Source of the DNA: Podarcis liolepis
Taxonomy: Eukaryota
Reading direction: 5' to 3' (one strand)
DNA: 64,000 nucleotides
Assembly: GCA_965112155.1 (NCBI GenBank)
Contig: OZ218111.1
In this document: positions 48,606 to 62,800 of the stretch, one piece after another
Layout of the letters: every line of letters starts with the position of its first letter
How positions within the stretch are numbered: position 1 is the stretch's first letter
Notes under the pieces: model-generated
What the model was told of the DNA's origin: nothing
Database searches by the model: none
Seen by the model: the letters and a program-made list of their open reading frames with translations, nothing else
Translations under genes and position numbers: made by a program

Positions 48606-51600
48606 AGAACCAGAAGAGTGGGTGTGGCTGCAACAGACAAGAAAGAAAGGCAACCATTACTTGACATCGTAAGACGGGAGCAGAGGGAAGTGTGCTTCCT
48701 GCTACTTACAGAATGGGGTCACCCATAGGGTGCCCATGGGGGCAAGGGTGCCCCTGAGTTCTTCTCCGAATGCCTACAATATCTCTGAAACCGCCCCTCC
48801 CCACAACAGCCCCTTGGATCATGAGGTGGTGAGGATACTTATGTTCTTCCCTTGGAAAAAATACCAGCACTTTCTCACTTCCTCTTTCAGTTCTATGCAC
48901 TTTCTAAGGCTCTGATTAATTATACTCAAGTGTCCAGAGGGGGTGGCGATCACAGCATTCATCCCAAAATCCACATGTGCCCACAGCCCTAGGAAAGTCG
49001 GCAACTCCCAACTTACAGAATGGGATCCAGACTAGATGTTCCTTTGAGATCAGGTGGCCTTCTGCATGCAAAGCATGCAACAGATCCACTTGCCTGCCAG
49101 GCCCTTGTTTCAGGGCAATTCCTGCACAGCTCTTTGCACTCATGGAACACACAGAAGCTTGCCAGGTCAATGAGGGACAAACTGGAAGCATCTGCCCTTC
49201 CTTGCCCTGCAAAGAAGCAGCAGACACAATCTCCCTTACACAAATGGCAAAATCTGCCCTGGTTAAGTCTGTACTTCTGCTTTGCCAATTCAGAGGACAA
49301 AGCAAGAGAAACCAACTACACTTTCAAGTTATCAGCTGCTCACCTTGCAAGGTAAGCAGGCTGCTACCTTACCCAACAGTAGCAGTTTTTCTTGTATGCT
49401 AACTTTTACCAGTGACGCACTTCTAAGGGTATGCTTGTAGTGGGCACGTAAACAAGTGTTGCCCTGCTTTGTTTTAGCCCCATTCTGAGAAGGAAATAGG
49501 GTAGCCACAGTCAAAGAGTACTTAAAATGCCTAGCAGCCAGCATCAAATTGTTAAAAGCCAGCCCAGCAGAAATCTGAGGACACATCAGAGCATCAAAGT
49601 ACAAATGTATAAATATCTGGGCTTGTTGGATCCCAAATTCAATAGTACTTCACATTTTCTTGGTAGTGCTAAAAAGAAGAGAGGAAGTTGCCTTGGGCAG
49701 ACTATCCATTGCAAACTATTTATATCCAAGACAAGGGCTTGGATAGTGAAAGAGTTAATCCTTGGTTCAGAATTGTCCACTCACTTTACTGTTTCTTTTG
49801 GGAAAGGGTGTAGTTCAGGGGTAGAGCACTTGTTCTGCATGTGGAAAGAAGCTTCCAGGTTCAATTCCCAGTATTTCCTGGAGGAAGTGGGAAAGATCTT
49901 CATCTGAAAACCTGAAGAGTCTCTGCCAGTCAACATAACGTAGACAATGCTAAATCGAACCAGCTGTCTGACTCACTAGAAGGCAGCTTTCAACATTTAT
50001 ATATACCACCAGGAAAATCTGCACTTAAATTTGCACAGTATGTCTCTAGAAATCAGTTTATGGGGGTCAGAAAGTGGCAATTTCCAGACTAGACTTGGCC
50101 CCTTAAGACGAGCCACTTGGCCATTAGCTATGGAAACAGCTGAAGGAGGCAAGAGAGCACAGGAAAGAGTATCTTTTTCTTCCTTGATTCTATCTCCTTG
50201 TCTCCACCTCCCCCCTCCCCTTAAGGGCTCTCGGCCAGCAAAAGTACCCATAGATAGAATGACATTTAATAGGTTTTTAGCTCTGCTTCTTCAGCGTGAG
50301 CATTAACAGAGGGGTGATTTGGGGGAGCAGCTCTCTAGGGTTTCAAGGCCTGAGTCTTTCCCAGCCTACCAGGTGATGCTAGGAATCAACAATGGGTCCT
50401 TCTGCATACTGAGGAAGGTCTATGACAGGGGAAGGTCTATGACTCTGTAGGTCCCAGGTTCGATACCCTGTATCTCCAAGTAGGACTGGAGAAAATCCCT
50501 TCTGAAACCCTGGAGACCTGCTGTCAGTCAGCCTAAACCACTGGTCAGGACTCTCTAATGGGTTCACGGCCTGATCAAGGAGGGCCACAACAGGAAAACT
50601 ACCACCATGCATATATATGGTAAAATATTAAGAAATGGGTCGCCAAATGCATGTTTGAATTAAAAGTGGGTCCTGGGTCTGGAAAGGTTGAAGATACCTG
50701 ACATAGACAATAGAGAGCTAGATGAGTCAATGGTCTGACTTGGTATAAGGCGGGTTCCTATGTTCTTGTGAGAAAGCCACACTGCTGCAAGATGCATAAG
50801 GTCGCCTGGAGTCTCCCACACCAACCATTGCAGACTTGGACTTAAAACTCCAGTGCTTTCCACAGCCTCAGCAGTGGAAATTAACTGTGTTCCCAAGAAC
50901 AACAGTCAGTGATCTGTTTGGAGGGGGCGGTGGTGAAGGGGTGAACCAGTTGTGCGCTTGGCATCAGGTTATGCAGTCTCCCACTCTTCCATTCATTTCA
51001 TCCTTCTTGTTGTCATTGCCCTTCTCCTCACTCTGCTGCTTCCACAGGACTGCTCTCCCTCCCCTCTTGTCTCCAGCTGGCCAATTATTTTTCAAGCCCT
51101 GGGTTGCTGCTGTCCTAGTTACAAGGACATCGCTGCCTGCCATGCGCACCCTGCCTGATGTCTGACTAGCAGAAAGGAAGGAATGGCAAGGGGAAGTCCC
51201 GAGATGCACACTCCACTCTGCCTTGGTTATGCTAGGACACAGTCTCAGTTTGCTTTCCTCCATCAGGGCCTAAGCCAAAGTGTGGCTAAAACATCCAGCT
51301 AACTGCAGAAGACCTAAGGACCATCAGGTGAGCCCACTGAATCAGCCTCCCCCAACTTGATCCATTGCTTTGGCCGGGTTCACGTGGAGAATAGCAAAAC
51401 AGGATCCCCCTGATTCTCTAGAGTTATTTCTGCTTGATGTCAACCATAGCTGGCAGGGTACAGCAGGAATCAAATGCTCCTGGGATTCAAACCTAACATT
51501 TTACGTCAACCTTCCCCAATCTGGGGCCCTTCCACCAGTCTCAACCAGTAAGGCTGAGGAAGTCTGTTTTACACCATTACAAACGGAAGTATTGGTGGCA

Positions 51601-54600
51601 GCTTGGTGTGTGTGTGTGTGTGTCCCCTCCAAGGGTCAGTGCTTTGGACAAGGCCAGGAGTTATGACCCAAACAAGCTGCCCTTCCTTAGTCTTGCAAAA
51701 GCCCAGCTTCTAATTCTGGCTTGCATCCAAGATTAGTCATACTCAGAGTAAAGCCACTGAAATTAATGGGCATGCCTAACTTGCACCCCTGTCTTTCCTG
51801 TATTAAATTCATTAACGGTTAGCTAAAATATTAGAGTGAGAAGGCCATACAGAGTGCTAGTGGTAGCAATGCAGCTAAGGGACTGAGCTATAAATCAAGA
51901 AGTCCCTGGTTTGAATCCTGCCTATGTCATACGACTCACTGGGTGGCCTGAGGCAAGCCATTCTCAAGCCTCTCCTTCCATCTGCAATGCAGGGAATCAT
52001 GGACTTACCTTACAGCAGTGGTTCTTAACCTTTTTGTGCCAAAGATCCCTTAAAGAATCTGATTAAAGCTATGGAATTCCCCCCCCTGCCCCATCCACAA
52101 AGCCAATTGTCAAAGTAACAGGAAGAAAATAGTATTTGTGAATTCAGGGGGGGGTGGGATTCTAAGTGAACGTGGACCTAAAGTTAAGAACCCCTGGCAC
52201 ACATGATCGCTGGAATAATTACAACTAGATAGCACCCGTGAAGCACCTCATACACTTAAACATAGTATGGAAACATTAAGTATTACAAAGCAATACATTA
52301 AAGTATGGTGCAGACCACATTTTCCTCCTGCTGTAGCTTCTGAAGTTTACATTGTTGAAAGCCACCCTGAGTAAGGCATAAGCCTAGTAAGGCAGGACAT
52401 ATATTTTAAAACATTAAATAAATAAATACCCCCTCAAGCTCCCTAGCAAATGTCAGTACTAGAAATCACAGCCATGAAAAACATTTCTGATCTATAAACA
52501 AGCCAACCTACAGGAACGTAACAGGGAAACAGGTATATTCACAGAACAAAAACAGGAGTAATAGAATATGTTATCCTCTTTCTTCAAACAAAAAGGAACT
52601 GGATTTCAGATGAGGTGGCCAGTTTTAGCTTTTATTCCCTCCCTCGATCCCCCATCTCAGTGCTAGGCCTGCTAGGCAACCCTCTCAAGAACCAAAAATT
52701 ATAGCTTGCAGTTTAATGCCATGTAGCAACCGCAGGTGCCTTTATAATCCAGATTACCTGACTTTTTTAAAAAAAGTGTTCTGTTATTCTGGATTCATCC
52801 TGCAACTGTCCTACAAAAGTAATGACAAAGGTGAGCATTCAAAGTTAACACCACTACTACTTAACATATTTCCCAAATCAGCCGTGTTAGCTTGGTAGCA
52901 GACTTAAAAGCAAATTGGAATTTGCAATTTCCCATTGAAGGGAAGAGGTGTCATGATCTCACTCTCATGTTACACCGCTGCTACTAGCAGTTCATGTTTA
53001 GCTCAAGTCGGCTGATGATTAGAACTGGCCCCACAGATACAACAGAGGAAGCAACAGTCAAAACATGCAGACTCGGATTAGGTAGAGCCAGCTACTTACA
53101 AACCCTTTATACTTCCAGACATTTGCTAAGATTCTCAGGAAGCCAAATTCCACAGGTCATGAAGATACTGAGCACTGTCCAGTTACTATGGCACAGGTTT
53201 TCCTCTTTGTGCCAGAAGGGAGAGCATCTCTGAGTATGTGCAGAAAGCTCTCGCCTCACCCTTCACAATCAGCTCACATGCATCTGGGATTGAAGCAGGT
53301 CTTTCAGATGAGATCTGATGGTCCACTCCCTGCCTCCAACAACTTGTTTTAGAAGTAAAATGTTGCCTTCCTGTGACCACCCTGTTGCACTTCCTTGCAC
53401 AGGAACTCAGAAAACCAAAGACTAAAAATACTCAACACCAAAGGGCGTCCAGAGGTTCAGCTGAGAACTTCTGAAGGTGGCACTATTTCTTTGAGGAAGG
53501 GCGGCTCTTCCAAACTTGGGTCTTTTGTTCTTTCTAGCGATTAGTCTGTGAAATTGAAAGCCAACCTTAGAAGACAAGAAGAAGCGTAAAGATTCTTCCC
53601 AAATTCAAACAACAGGCTAGGAAATGTACAGGAACAGAAAAAGGTAATGTAGTGGGGGGGGGGGGACGTCTGCAGAATGTCAAGATGAGTCTTGCTTTTT
53701 GCAGTAATATATGTACCATAAGAGGACAGCAAATTAATTGCTGAGATGATTCCTAGAAATTTAGTAGGTTGGTGTTAATTTGGCACTGTCGGCTATGTCA
53801 GAACACATGTCACCAGGCAGCAACCACAACTAATCTGCATATTTCAGGTGCATGTAATTAACGTAATTTGCATACTATCTTCAATGGCATGGCAGGCATC
53901 ATAAACAATTGGTGGGCATTACATTTATTCTATAGCATTTATATTCAAGAAGGCTCGTCTGCCACTAATGTGAAAAATATGAGTCAGCCATTGACAAATG
54001 GAGACCTACTGTGAATTTCAGCTTATTTGTAATTGCTTCCTTGTGTTGTCACCATATTTTAAAAACTTGTTTCCACAAGCATGAGAGCTAGAGACTTGTG
54101 TTTTAATCTGACTGTAAACCAGAAAAGAAATGATTCCAAGCAGGGCACCATACAGAGATTGTTACTCACCCTAGTCTATTTGAATTAGGGTATACAGTTT
54201 ATTTGGTTTTTATCTCCAATTATTTCTATCTTGCTATCTAAAAGGTAATCAAAGTTGCTAACATGAATTTATAAAAACACAAATAAAGACAAGTAAAATT
54301 AAAAAGAAAACTGGGTTGTTGCAAGGATCAAATGGGGGCAGATCATGTATAGGAAAGATGTGATAAAAATGAAATGAAATAATAAATAGTTCAAAAATCT
54401 GAAGACAATTCAGCACATTAAAATAAAAAGTTTGAAATGACTATAAAAAGGCTTTCATATCCTGCTGAAAGGGCAAGTGAACCTCCCTCAGGGGGACATT
54501 TCATAGCTTTGGTGCCACAGCTGAGAAGACCCTGTCCACCGTGCTCACCAGCCACACCTTTGAAAGCAGGGGGAGACAGAGGAGGCTCTCCAATGATTGC

Positions 54601-55447
54601 TCAATTATTCATGTAGGTTCTGATAGAAGAAGCTACTTTTTGAGATATCATGGACCCAGAGCATTTAAGGATTTACAGATCAAAACCAGAATTTTTAACT
54701 GAGCCCAGAAACAAACTGGAAGCCAATTCCACTGTTCGCTGCAGATGTGGGAGTTTCAAAACTCTCATAGTTCTCCCATTCACTTCAGTGCAAGGGCCAA
54801 TTCTAGGCATAGAGCTCTTCTTTTCAATGATGTGAATGGGGACGTGCGTAGGAGCTCTGTACAAGCACAAAATCCCAGTGTTATCAGATGTGGGAGGGGC
54901 GAAAACACTGCTCCAACATGCAGGGGATGGGGTGTGAGGAATGAAATACATAGCTGGGGCAAAAAAAAAGCTAAGAATTTCTACAAAAGCATAAGTCCTT
55001 CAAAATTAATTACTTTCTGATAGATTTTGTTCTTTTGCTTCTTGTTGATTTCCAGCAATTTTCTAAATTATTATAATATTAGTATTGCATTGTATGTATT
55101 ATTATTGATTTTCCAAATTATTATATTAATTTTATTTTTAAAATCAGAAAATTAACAATGTAACACAGAAAGGGATTATTCTAGATGGTGCCAAGGTCAC
55201 ATGTACCAACAAGCCACCCAGGGGGGAACCTCTTCAAAATTTGTGTGTCCACGGGTCTTGCAGAGCTGGCTCGGACAATTTGGTGATAACGCAAAAGCAG
55301 ATACGAAATCTGGCAAGCTGGTGACAAAGCCTGAGAACTGGAAGAAGCAAGAGAATTGTCTGAAAATGCAGTGATAACATGCTGCCAGGAGGATGAAGAT
55401 AATTTTAGGATTGCAAGAGAGGCAGGACAGAGTTATTGGGCTGATTA

Positions 55448-55486
<39 letters not shown>

Positions 55487-58400
55487 TTCCACCAAGCCCC
55501 CACTTCCACCCACACAATTTATTCAGGGGAAGGTGGGGGAGAACGTTTGTGTTTGCTTTCTCAAAAGGAAGATTTGAAAATTCCCCCAAGTGCTTGAATC
55601 AGTAGGAATTCAAGAAGAGAGTGAGAAAGGAGAAATATTCCTCTAGAATATATCCCTGTCTGATCTCTGGCTCACAATATTAGTAACAACTTCTGAGTGC
55701 TGAGGGCAGGTGAGGGCAAGGACCTGAATACAAACAGAAGGATGCACTAAAATGACAGAGTGCGCCACTCTTACTAAAAAGAAATATCTGTCACAGAAGC
55801 TGCCCTAGAGAATGGGAGGGCCTAATATATTTTGAGTGTGGGGTCGGGGAAGTGTACTTATAGCTGCTGAGGTATTTCTGGGCAGCTCGCCAATTTGTTT
55901 AGAATGCTAGCATTCACATTTTTCCCTTGAGCTTCAACGTTTTTTATTAAATGAAATGAACAAACCAAATTATACTGACAAAATAATTACAAGTGTCAGA
56001 CATATAAAATATAATACACATGGATCACCACTGTCGCATTTATGGATCCTCAAATAAAGACCAATCCCCAGTAAATTCCTCCTTGTTCCCGGAGGAATGA
56101 GCAACAAACAACAGGAACAACTTAGGAACTAAGAGCTCATGTACCTCAGAAGTACAGAATTGACTTTGAAAATTTAGAATAGGAAAGAAAAAACCCAGGT
56201 GGGGGCAGAACACATTTATTCATTTACTTTATGATCACATGAACTGTGACTTAATGGGCTGGATCCAAAGGTGCCCTTGTATGCGCAGAACTGCTTTACA
56301 CCTTGTGCTTAGAGAGCACTGTGAGAGACAAACGCAACTTCAATTCCAAAATGAATTTTCTGCTTGTGGAACCCTTCTTTCAGGAATCTCTCAAAGACTT
56401 TTTAATGCCAAGAGGCCTATGCAGTTGTCTAAAATTTTCTTGAATAATTTTAATGATTGGTCTATATTGCTTTTAAGGGTTTTTTTATGTTCCTGTGTGC
56501 CACCCTGATTCTTTTACAAGAGGGCATATATAAACACGTTTATATACTTAAAATAAAAACTCAGCCTGTTACAAGGCTGCAGGAAGGGTACTAGTGGCTA
56601 CTTCCCTTTGGCCATAGTTCTTCAGATCCAATGTTTTCAAAGGGCCTCTTTTTCACTTTTGAGGATGATATTAAAGAACAGTGAAGAATGAAGGTGCTTC
56701 CTCACAAAAGAATTTCAGCTGCCTTTTTCAGATCTATTTGGGCACATGCTCACTTCAGGTGAAGATGTTGGGAGTATTAAAATGATTGGGTTGGGGTGAG
56801 GTGAGGGTAGAGACATTTAGGCATAAGGGTGTGAGATGCATTCATCTCCCACACAAAGTCACCTGGGCTGATTTACAGATCACTGCTTCCCAGATCAGAT
56901 CTTCTCTCTACAACAAAATCCCCAGAGTTCAAAATACATAAAGCCCTTAAACCTCATTGTCTCGCTTTGCTCTAGTGCAAAAAAATCAATTGTTCTTGTT
57001 AACAAAGTATAAAGCAGGAATTCTCTGATAGACAACACATCCCAGGCAAATCCTCTTGGCTTGGCAGAGCCTTCAAATGGAAATTTCAGCCTTGCTTTGC
57101 CTTCAACAAACAACTAAGTCCTGCAGAATTTGTATTCCTCAGGCTTCTCCCCACTTCACAACTGTAATCGGGATCCATATTACCTGGCTATATTTAAAGT
57201 CTTTGACCAAGGCTGTTGCCTGTCCTACAACCTTGCTGTTAGATCTTTTGTCTGGACTGCCTTTTTGCTTTCCATGTAATCAGTCAACCACAATTTAACT
57301 CGCCAGTGGCAAGTGCTTCTTCCCTTTGGCAAGAAGCAATCCTACCCAAATTAGCAAACTATTGTTAGTAGAATGAGGTTTCTGATTGTAGTTTAGCGCT
57401 ACACAACTTGCTGATTCAGACATTGCAGCAAACTATAGTTTATGCTAATGGGGAGGAACACAAAAGTGCACTGAAGGGAGGAGCACAAAAGGATTGCTAG
57501 TAGCTTCTTCATCCTTACCCCATGGCTACTAGGAGCAGAATTATGTAAAATAATAAATGCCAATTCCTTGACCTACATAATTCACATATTGCACAATCCA
57601 GTTTCTCCTGGTGCAGACTTTTGATATTTGTTGCTAAGCCCATTTTGCCTTCTCTCCCGCTGTGCCCACATTACCTCTCAGCTCGCTAGCTCTGGTCAGC
57701 CTGCGATGGATCACTAAGCTCTGCGCAGCCCCTTGACCATAGCCCTTCATGGTGTGTCTGTTAGGCAGAAGTTACAGGGCCAGCAGCTGAGTTTCTTTTG
57801 TGGACTTGTCATTTTGCACAGTAGCTCAGCTAGGCTACCAGGAGGAGGCTACATTGTGATGTCACCAGTCTCCCTGCACTGCATTTAAGCCAACACAGGC
57901 TACTTGCTCTTCTTCCTAGTGTTCAGTTTAACTCGGGAGGACACCAAGTTGAACTGCCTTTAGGGATCCGATCTCACACTTGGAGGCACCAAATCTCATG
58001 AAAGAGGTAAAAAGTGAAATCTCTCAAAACTAAAGCTCTCTCCTTGTCCTCATGGCATACTAGGGTTGCCAAGTCTCAAGAGTTTTAGCTTTCCGCAGGG
58101 TCACAGGAGCAGAAGGGACAGCAAGTCAGGCAAGAACTTTAGCGACACCATCAGAGTGCCTGGCTGATGAGGCTATTTAGGGGGAAGTGCATGGAAACAC
58201 GGATCAGGGCCTGACTGAGAGCCAGGAAGGGGTGGAGCCTTCACTTCTATGTAAGTTCCCAGACTAAGCTGTTGTCGTCTATGAGAGGGAAGAGGGTGAA
58301 TGTCAACACACCACACACTTTCAGTCCTCCATACCATGCTTTGGAGAATTTCTAACATGCTGCCTGAACTGAGTAAACAAGTTCAGGAGACTCACATCTC

Positions 58401-59216
58401 TGACATGCATTTATATGCTTCTTCCAAAGCCCTTTTTCTCTCTGGCATCATCCCAAATCTTGTCACTGAACTACTGTGCAGGAGAAGAACCTAGGAGATC
58501 CCTCAGCCCCAAGCTGTGGTTTAATCTCTCACTCTCGCACATCCAGAAACATTTCCCATCAATTATCCAATATCAAAGAACAGATAACAAGCAGAAAAGG
58601 GAGCCCAATGTAGGCCATGCCTGTAAGACACGAAAAACACTTGGCAAGACAGATCAAGGAGCAAAAGCCACATGCTACAGTGAAGGGTGAAAAACTGCCG
58701 AGATACACCTGCTGGCCAGAGTGGAGAGGAAATGTGGGAAAGTTCAACAGAAGAATTTATAGTCATGGAGTATAAAAGACAAATTCAACAGTGCAACTCC
58801 AGCAAAGAAAAATCCTTTCAAATGAGCTCAAATAGGGGATGAAATCACAAGGGTGCCCTTTACATCCCGAACCCTTGCTTAAGTGCCTTCCTGACTTTTA
58901 TGACAGTAGAGGCTGAGTTATGGAGTGATCACTGGCACAGGGGGAAAGCATGTTTATGTTCAGAATTGCCCCTCTAAACGGCAACTGTTTGTGAATGAGA
59001 TGGAACACGAAGATGGTATCAAAAACAGAGTTCCATATGGTGGTATCAGCCTTTTGCCAAAGATGCAGTATCTTTTTACCGGTTAATTAAAAGCTGTATT
59101 TTTCATGCAATTTTCAGTTGACAACCAACATTCAGATTGTTCTTTCACAGCTTTCCGAGGCTAGTTTCTTTAAAGCCTAATGCTGCGGCAAGAGCCCACC
59201 AGCTTGGTCTCTCAAG

Positions 59217-59357
59217 CATAGAATCATAGAGTTGGAAAGAACCCCGAGGATCATCTAGTCCAACCCCTGCAATGTAGGAATAAGCAGCTGACCCGTGTGG
59301 GGATCAAACCTGCAACCCTGGCTTTATCAGCATGACGCTATAACCAACTGAGTTATC
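59217..59357 (-). mobile_element. Short tRNA-head/CR1-tail SINE (Squam2-like); related copy at about 7630-7776 (+)
   Basis: On the - strand: taactcagttggttatagcg...gcaggtttgatcccc tRNA-like head, followed by a CR1-type tail ggactagatga...caactctatgattctatg. Confidence 0.65.
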
Positions 59358-59413
59358 TCTGATCCAAGTCCATACTTTAAAGCTGTCTCTTGTTACCATT
59401 GCCTCACCCTTGT

Positions 59414-59803
59414 TGTTGGGAAACTGCCAGGGAGATAGTGTCCATCATGAGCCCCCAAGCCGGAGTTCTGGACGATCCATCGGCCTCCCGTAGACAGGCA
59501 GATCCAGCAGTTAGCGACACGAAGCCTCTGGAAATTCCTAGCCACATTCCAGGGCTGGGTGTACACTGTTTATCAGCAGAAACACAGCCAAAAGCTTGCA
59601 CCGCAGAAGAGCATAATTTTCAGACTTTATTAGCGTTTAACAGAACAAAAGAAAACGTGACCGTTCTGTGTCAGCATCTTCGGCCAACTGAGAAAACGAA
59701 AGGAATCTCAGCAAGAACATAAACATCCTGTGACTAGGACATGCGCAGACTCTGTTACTCACAAAGCCTGCTCCCTTTAAGGTGGAACGGAAATATCCTA
59801 ACA
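59414..59803 (-). repeat. 3' LTR of the copia element (390 bp)
   Basis: On the - strand starts TGTTAGGA directly after the PPT and ends TCCCAACA (7/8 terminal inverted repeat). Internal AATAAA at 59626-59631. Adjacent candidate 5-bp TSD CTTGT at 59409-59413. Confidence 0.85.
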
Positions 59804-62800
59804 TCCTCCCCCTTTCCGTGTAACCTGTTGTACCTGTGGTTCACTCAATTGCAACCTTTGTACATAAACCTTATGTTGTTCTTTGTTAACAACCTTAGAC
59901 AACAGATCAGCAGGAATTTCATTTCCTGCCATGTAGGACACCTGAATCAGTCCTTTCTGAATACACTCTCTTGCACGATGTAGCTTAATCTGCAAGTACT
60001 TGGTTCTCTGCTTGCAACTCTCGGAGTTCAGCAAAGCCAAACACGATCTATTGTCTTGATACACTTGTATAGGACATTTCACAGACACCCTGATGTCCTT
60101 AAACAGTTGCATCAACCATTCACAATCCATGAGTGAAAATGACAGAGCATTGAGTTCTGCTTCACAGGAACTTAGGCTCACTGTTGTTTGCTTCTTGCAC
60201 AACCAGTCAAACAGGCAGTGGTTGTACATGTAGCACACACCAGAAGTGCTTGTACCATCCGTGGTGTCACTTCCAAAACTTGCATCAGCAAAGATTTCAA
60301 GACCTCCAGTCTTCTGACTGGTGAACCTCAGCCTGTAGTGCATAGTCCCTTTCAAATAGCGGGCTATGCGCTTCAGAGCTTTCCAATCCTGAACCGTAGG
60401 ATTGTTGGCATGTCTGCTAAGCAGATTACAGCTTACAGCAATGTCAGGTCTTGAACATCTGGCAATGAAATTCAGCTTGCCTAGAATGCATCTGTATAGC
60501 GTTGTGTCAGAAAACGCTTCAGCAGTACTGTCTACCTGGTAACCTGTCACCATCGGTGTGTCTGCTGGGTTTGCATCAACCAAATTCAACCTGGTTAACA
60601 CATCAGCAATTTTCTGTGTTTGGTGTACCAGAAAATTACCTGCTTGGTCCTTCTCCACCTGCAGAGAAAGATAGTTGGATACCTCACCAAGATCCTTCAT
60701 ATCAAAGTGCTCCTTCAGTTGAGCTAGGGTGCTTTGGTAAAAAGCCTGATTCTTCCAAAACATCAGAAGATCATCAACAAAACATAAACAATACAGTTTG
60801 TTTTGCCCCTCCTCCTTGACAAACACACATGGATCAGCTTTGCCCTGGTGGAAACCTAGAGAAAGCAATGTCTCAGTGAGTTTTGTGTTCCAACACCTGG
60901 CACTCTGCTTAAGACCATATAAGGATTTCCGCAGTTTACAGACCATACCCTTCTGTATCTCCATCCCATCAGGTGGAAGCATGAACAGCTCCTCCCCCAA
61001 AATCCCATACAAAAAAGCTGTATTAATGTCGTGGTGAGAAACATGCAGTTTCTCCTCCGCAGCGATCTTGAGCATCAGCCGAATGCTCTCATATTTGACT
61101 GTGGGTGAGTAGGTCTCATGGTAATCCTGTCCTGGTACCTGTGAAAAACCTCTGGCAACCAATCTGGCTTTGTGTCTGACTACCTTGCCATTCTGGTCTG
61201 TCTTGGCCTTGAAGACCCATTTGCTGCCAACCAGTCTCATTCCTGGGACTACCGGTACCAATTCCCAAGTTTGGTTCCTGTTCAAGGAATCAACTTCAGC
61301 CTTCATGGCATTAAGCCAAGGCTCAGCATCTTTAGAGGTTAACTCCTGAACCTCTTTGAAGCTTGAAGGTTCCCATACCTTCTCTGAGCTACTAAGAACA
61401 GCAGTTGCTGTCTTAGCAAACTCATCAGCATACCTCTTTGGAGGTCTGCCCTTGGTTGCCCTTTCAGACCTACGTACTAGACGCAAGTCTTCTGGACTCA
61501 TCTCCTCTTTCTTAGGAGAAAAGTGACCAATGGTGAACAGTGGTTCTTCCAGTTCATTGTCAGACGCATCAGATGGTCTGACTGAGGCTTTTGCGCTCTG
61601 GTAGTCTGCTGTGTCATCACTTTCACTGACATCAGCAGCAGCGCCGCCCACTGAACTGGAATCCGAACTCTGATCATCATCATCATCCTCATCATCATCC
61701 TCATCCTCATCATCATCAGCAGCTTCCTCAGCTTTAGCTGCTTGCTTGACATCACCTTCATCCTCCTCTGGGTAACACTGGAAAATTCCCACATTTCCCC
61801 CCCACTTAGGATTGTACTCAACACTCCTTGTGAACTTTATGGATTTAGAGTCAGTCATCCATACCCTGTATGCACCTTTTTCGTACCCCATGAACAAACC
61901 ATGTGCCCCACGCTTCCCAAGCTTGTTGGTTTGTTGTGTGCGTACCCACATGTCCGAACCAAAAATCCTCATGTGTTTGGTGTTGGGTTTCTTACCAAAC
62001 ATCTTCTCATAGGGGGTACAACCAATGGGTGATGACAATCTGCGATTAACGGTGTAAACCAAATTCCCCAGAGCCTCCCCCCAAAACTTATCAGGGAGAT
62101 TGGCATCATGCAACAAGGTTTTGATTCCTTGCAGCAATGTTTGATTTGCTCTCTCCGCAAGCCCATTCATCCATGGCGATCTGGGCGTTGACATGTCATG
62201 CTGGATTCCCTTCTCAGTCAGGAAAGCTTCAAACTGCTGAGAAGTAAACTCCCCGCCCCGATCAGTAAAAAAACAAGAAATACGTTTACCGTGCACATTC
62301 TCCAACCAAGCACAGAATTCCTTAAACTTCGGAAACGCTTGCGATTTCTGTTCGAGCAAATACACATGAATGTACCTGGAAAAAGAATCAATCAGAATCA
62401 TGAAGTACCTTGCTCCTCCTATAGAGGGCGCAAGTGGCCCAACCAGGTCCGCATGCACTAGCTGGTAGGGTTTGGAAGCCTGCCTGCTAGACACCTTGCC
62501 TTTTGGAGCAACCTTCACCTTGTTCTCTGCACAAGATACACATTTCATGTGAAATTTACAAGGTTTGATGTTCAAACCTTCAACCACCTCTGGCATCTTG
62601 GCCAGTGCCTTCCAAGAGAGGTGACCAAACCTTCGATGCGCATCGTGAATGCAACCTGCATGAAGAACTTTGTTAGTTTGTGCAACACAACAAGAATCAG
62701 CATTATTCACAGCAACAGTGTCATCATAAGTTATATGGAACAAACCATCCATAAACTTTGCATGCAAATAGTCCTCTTTGCCTTTACTGATGACACAGAC

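Noticed and set aside
48606-48653. N-terminal extension MPFFLVCCSHTHSSGS in the ORF track
   Set aside because: It starts at TTG within the intronic polypyrimidine tract. The real acceptor is at 48628-48629 and the conserved start is ATG 48605.
47520-48728. 402-aa + strand ORF, plus the 207-aa ORF at 47578-48201
   Set aside because: Antisense shadows of the GC-rich CAPN15 exon; non-ATG starts and no recognisable domain.
49800-49880. tRNA-like sequence (also near 5400-5510, 50440-50480 and 59290-59357)
   Set aside because: Degenerate A/B boxes without an intact cloverleaf, and attached to SINE bodies, so these are tRNA-derived SINE heads rather than tRNA genes.
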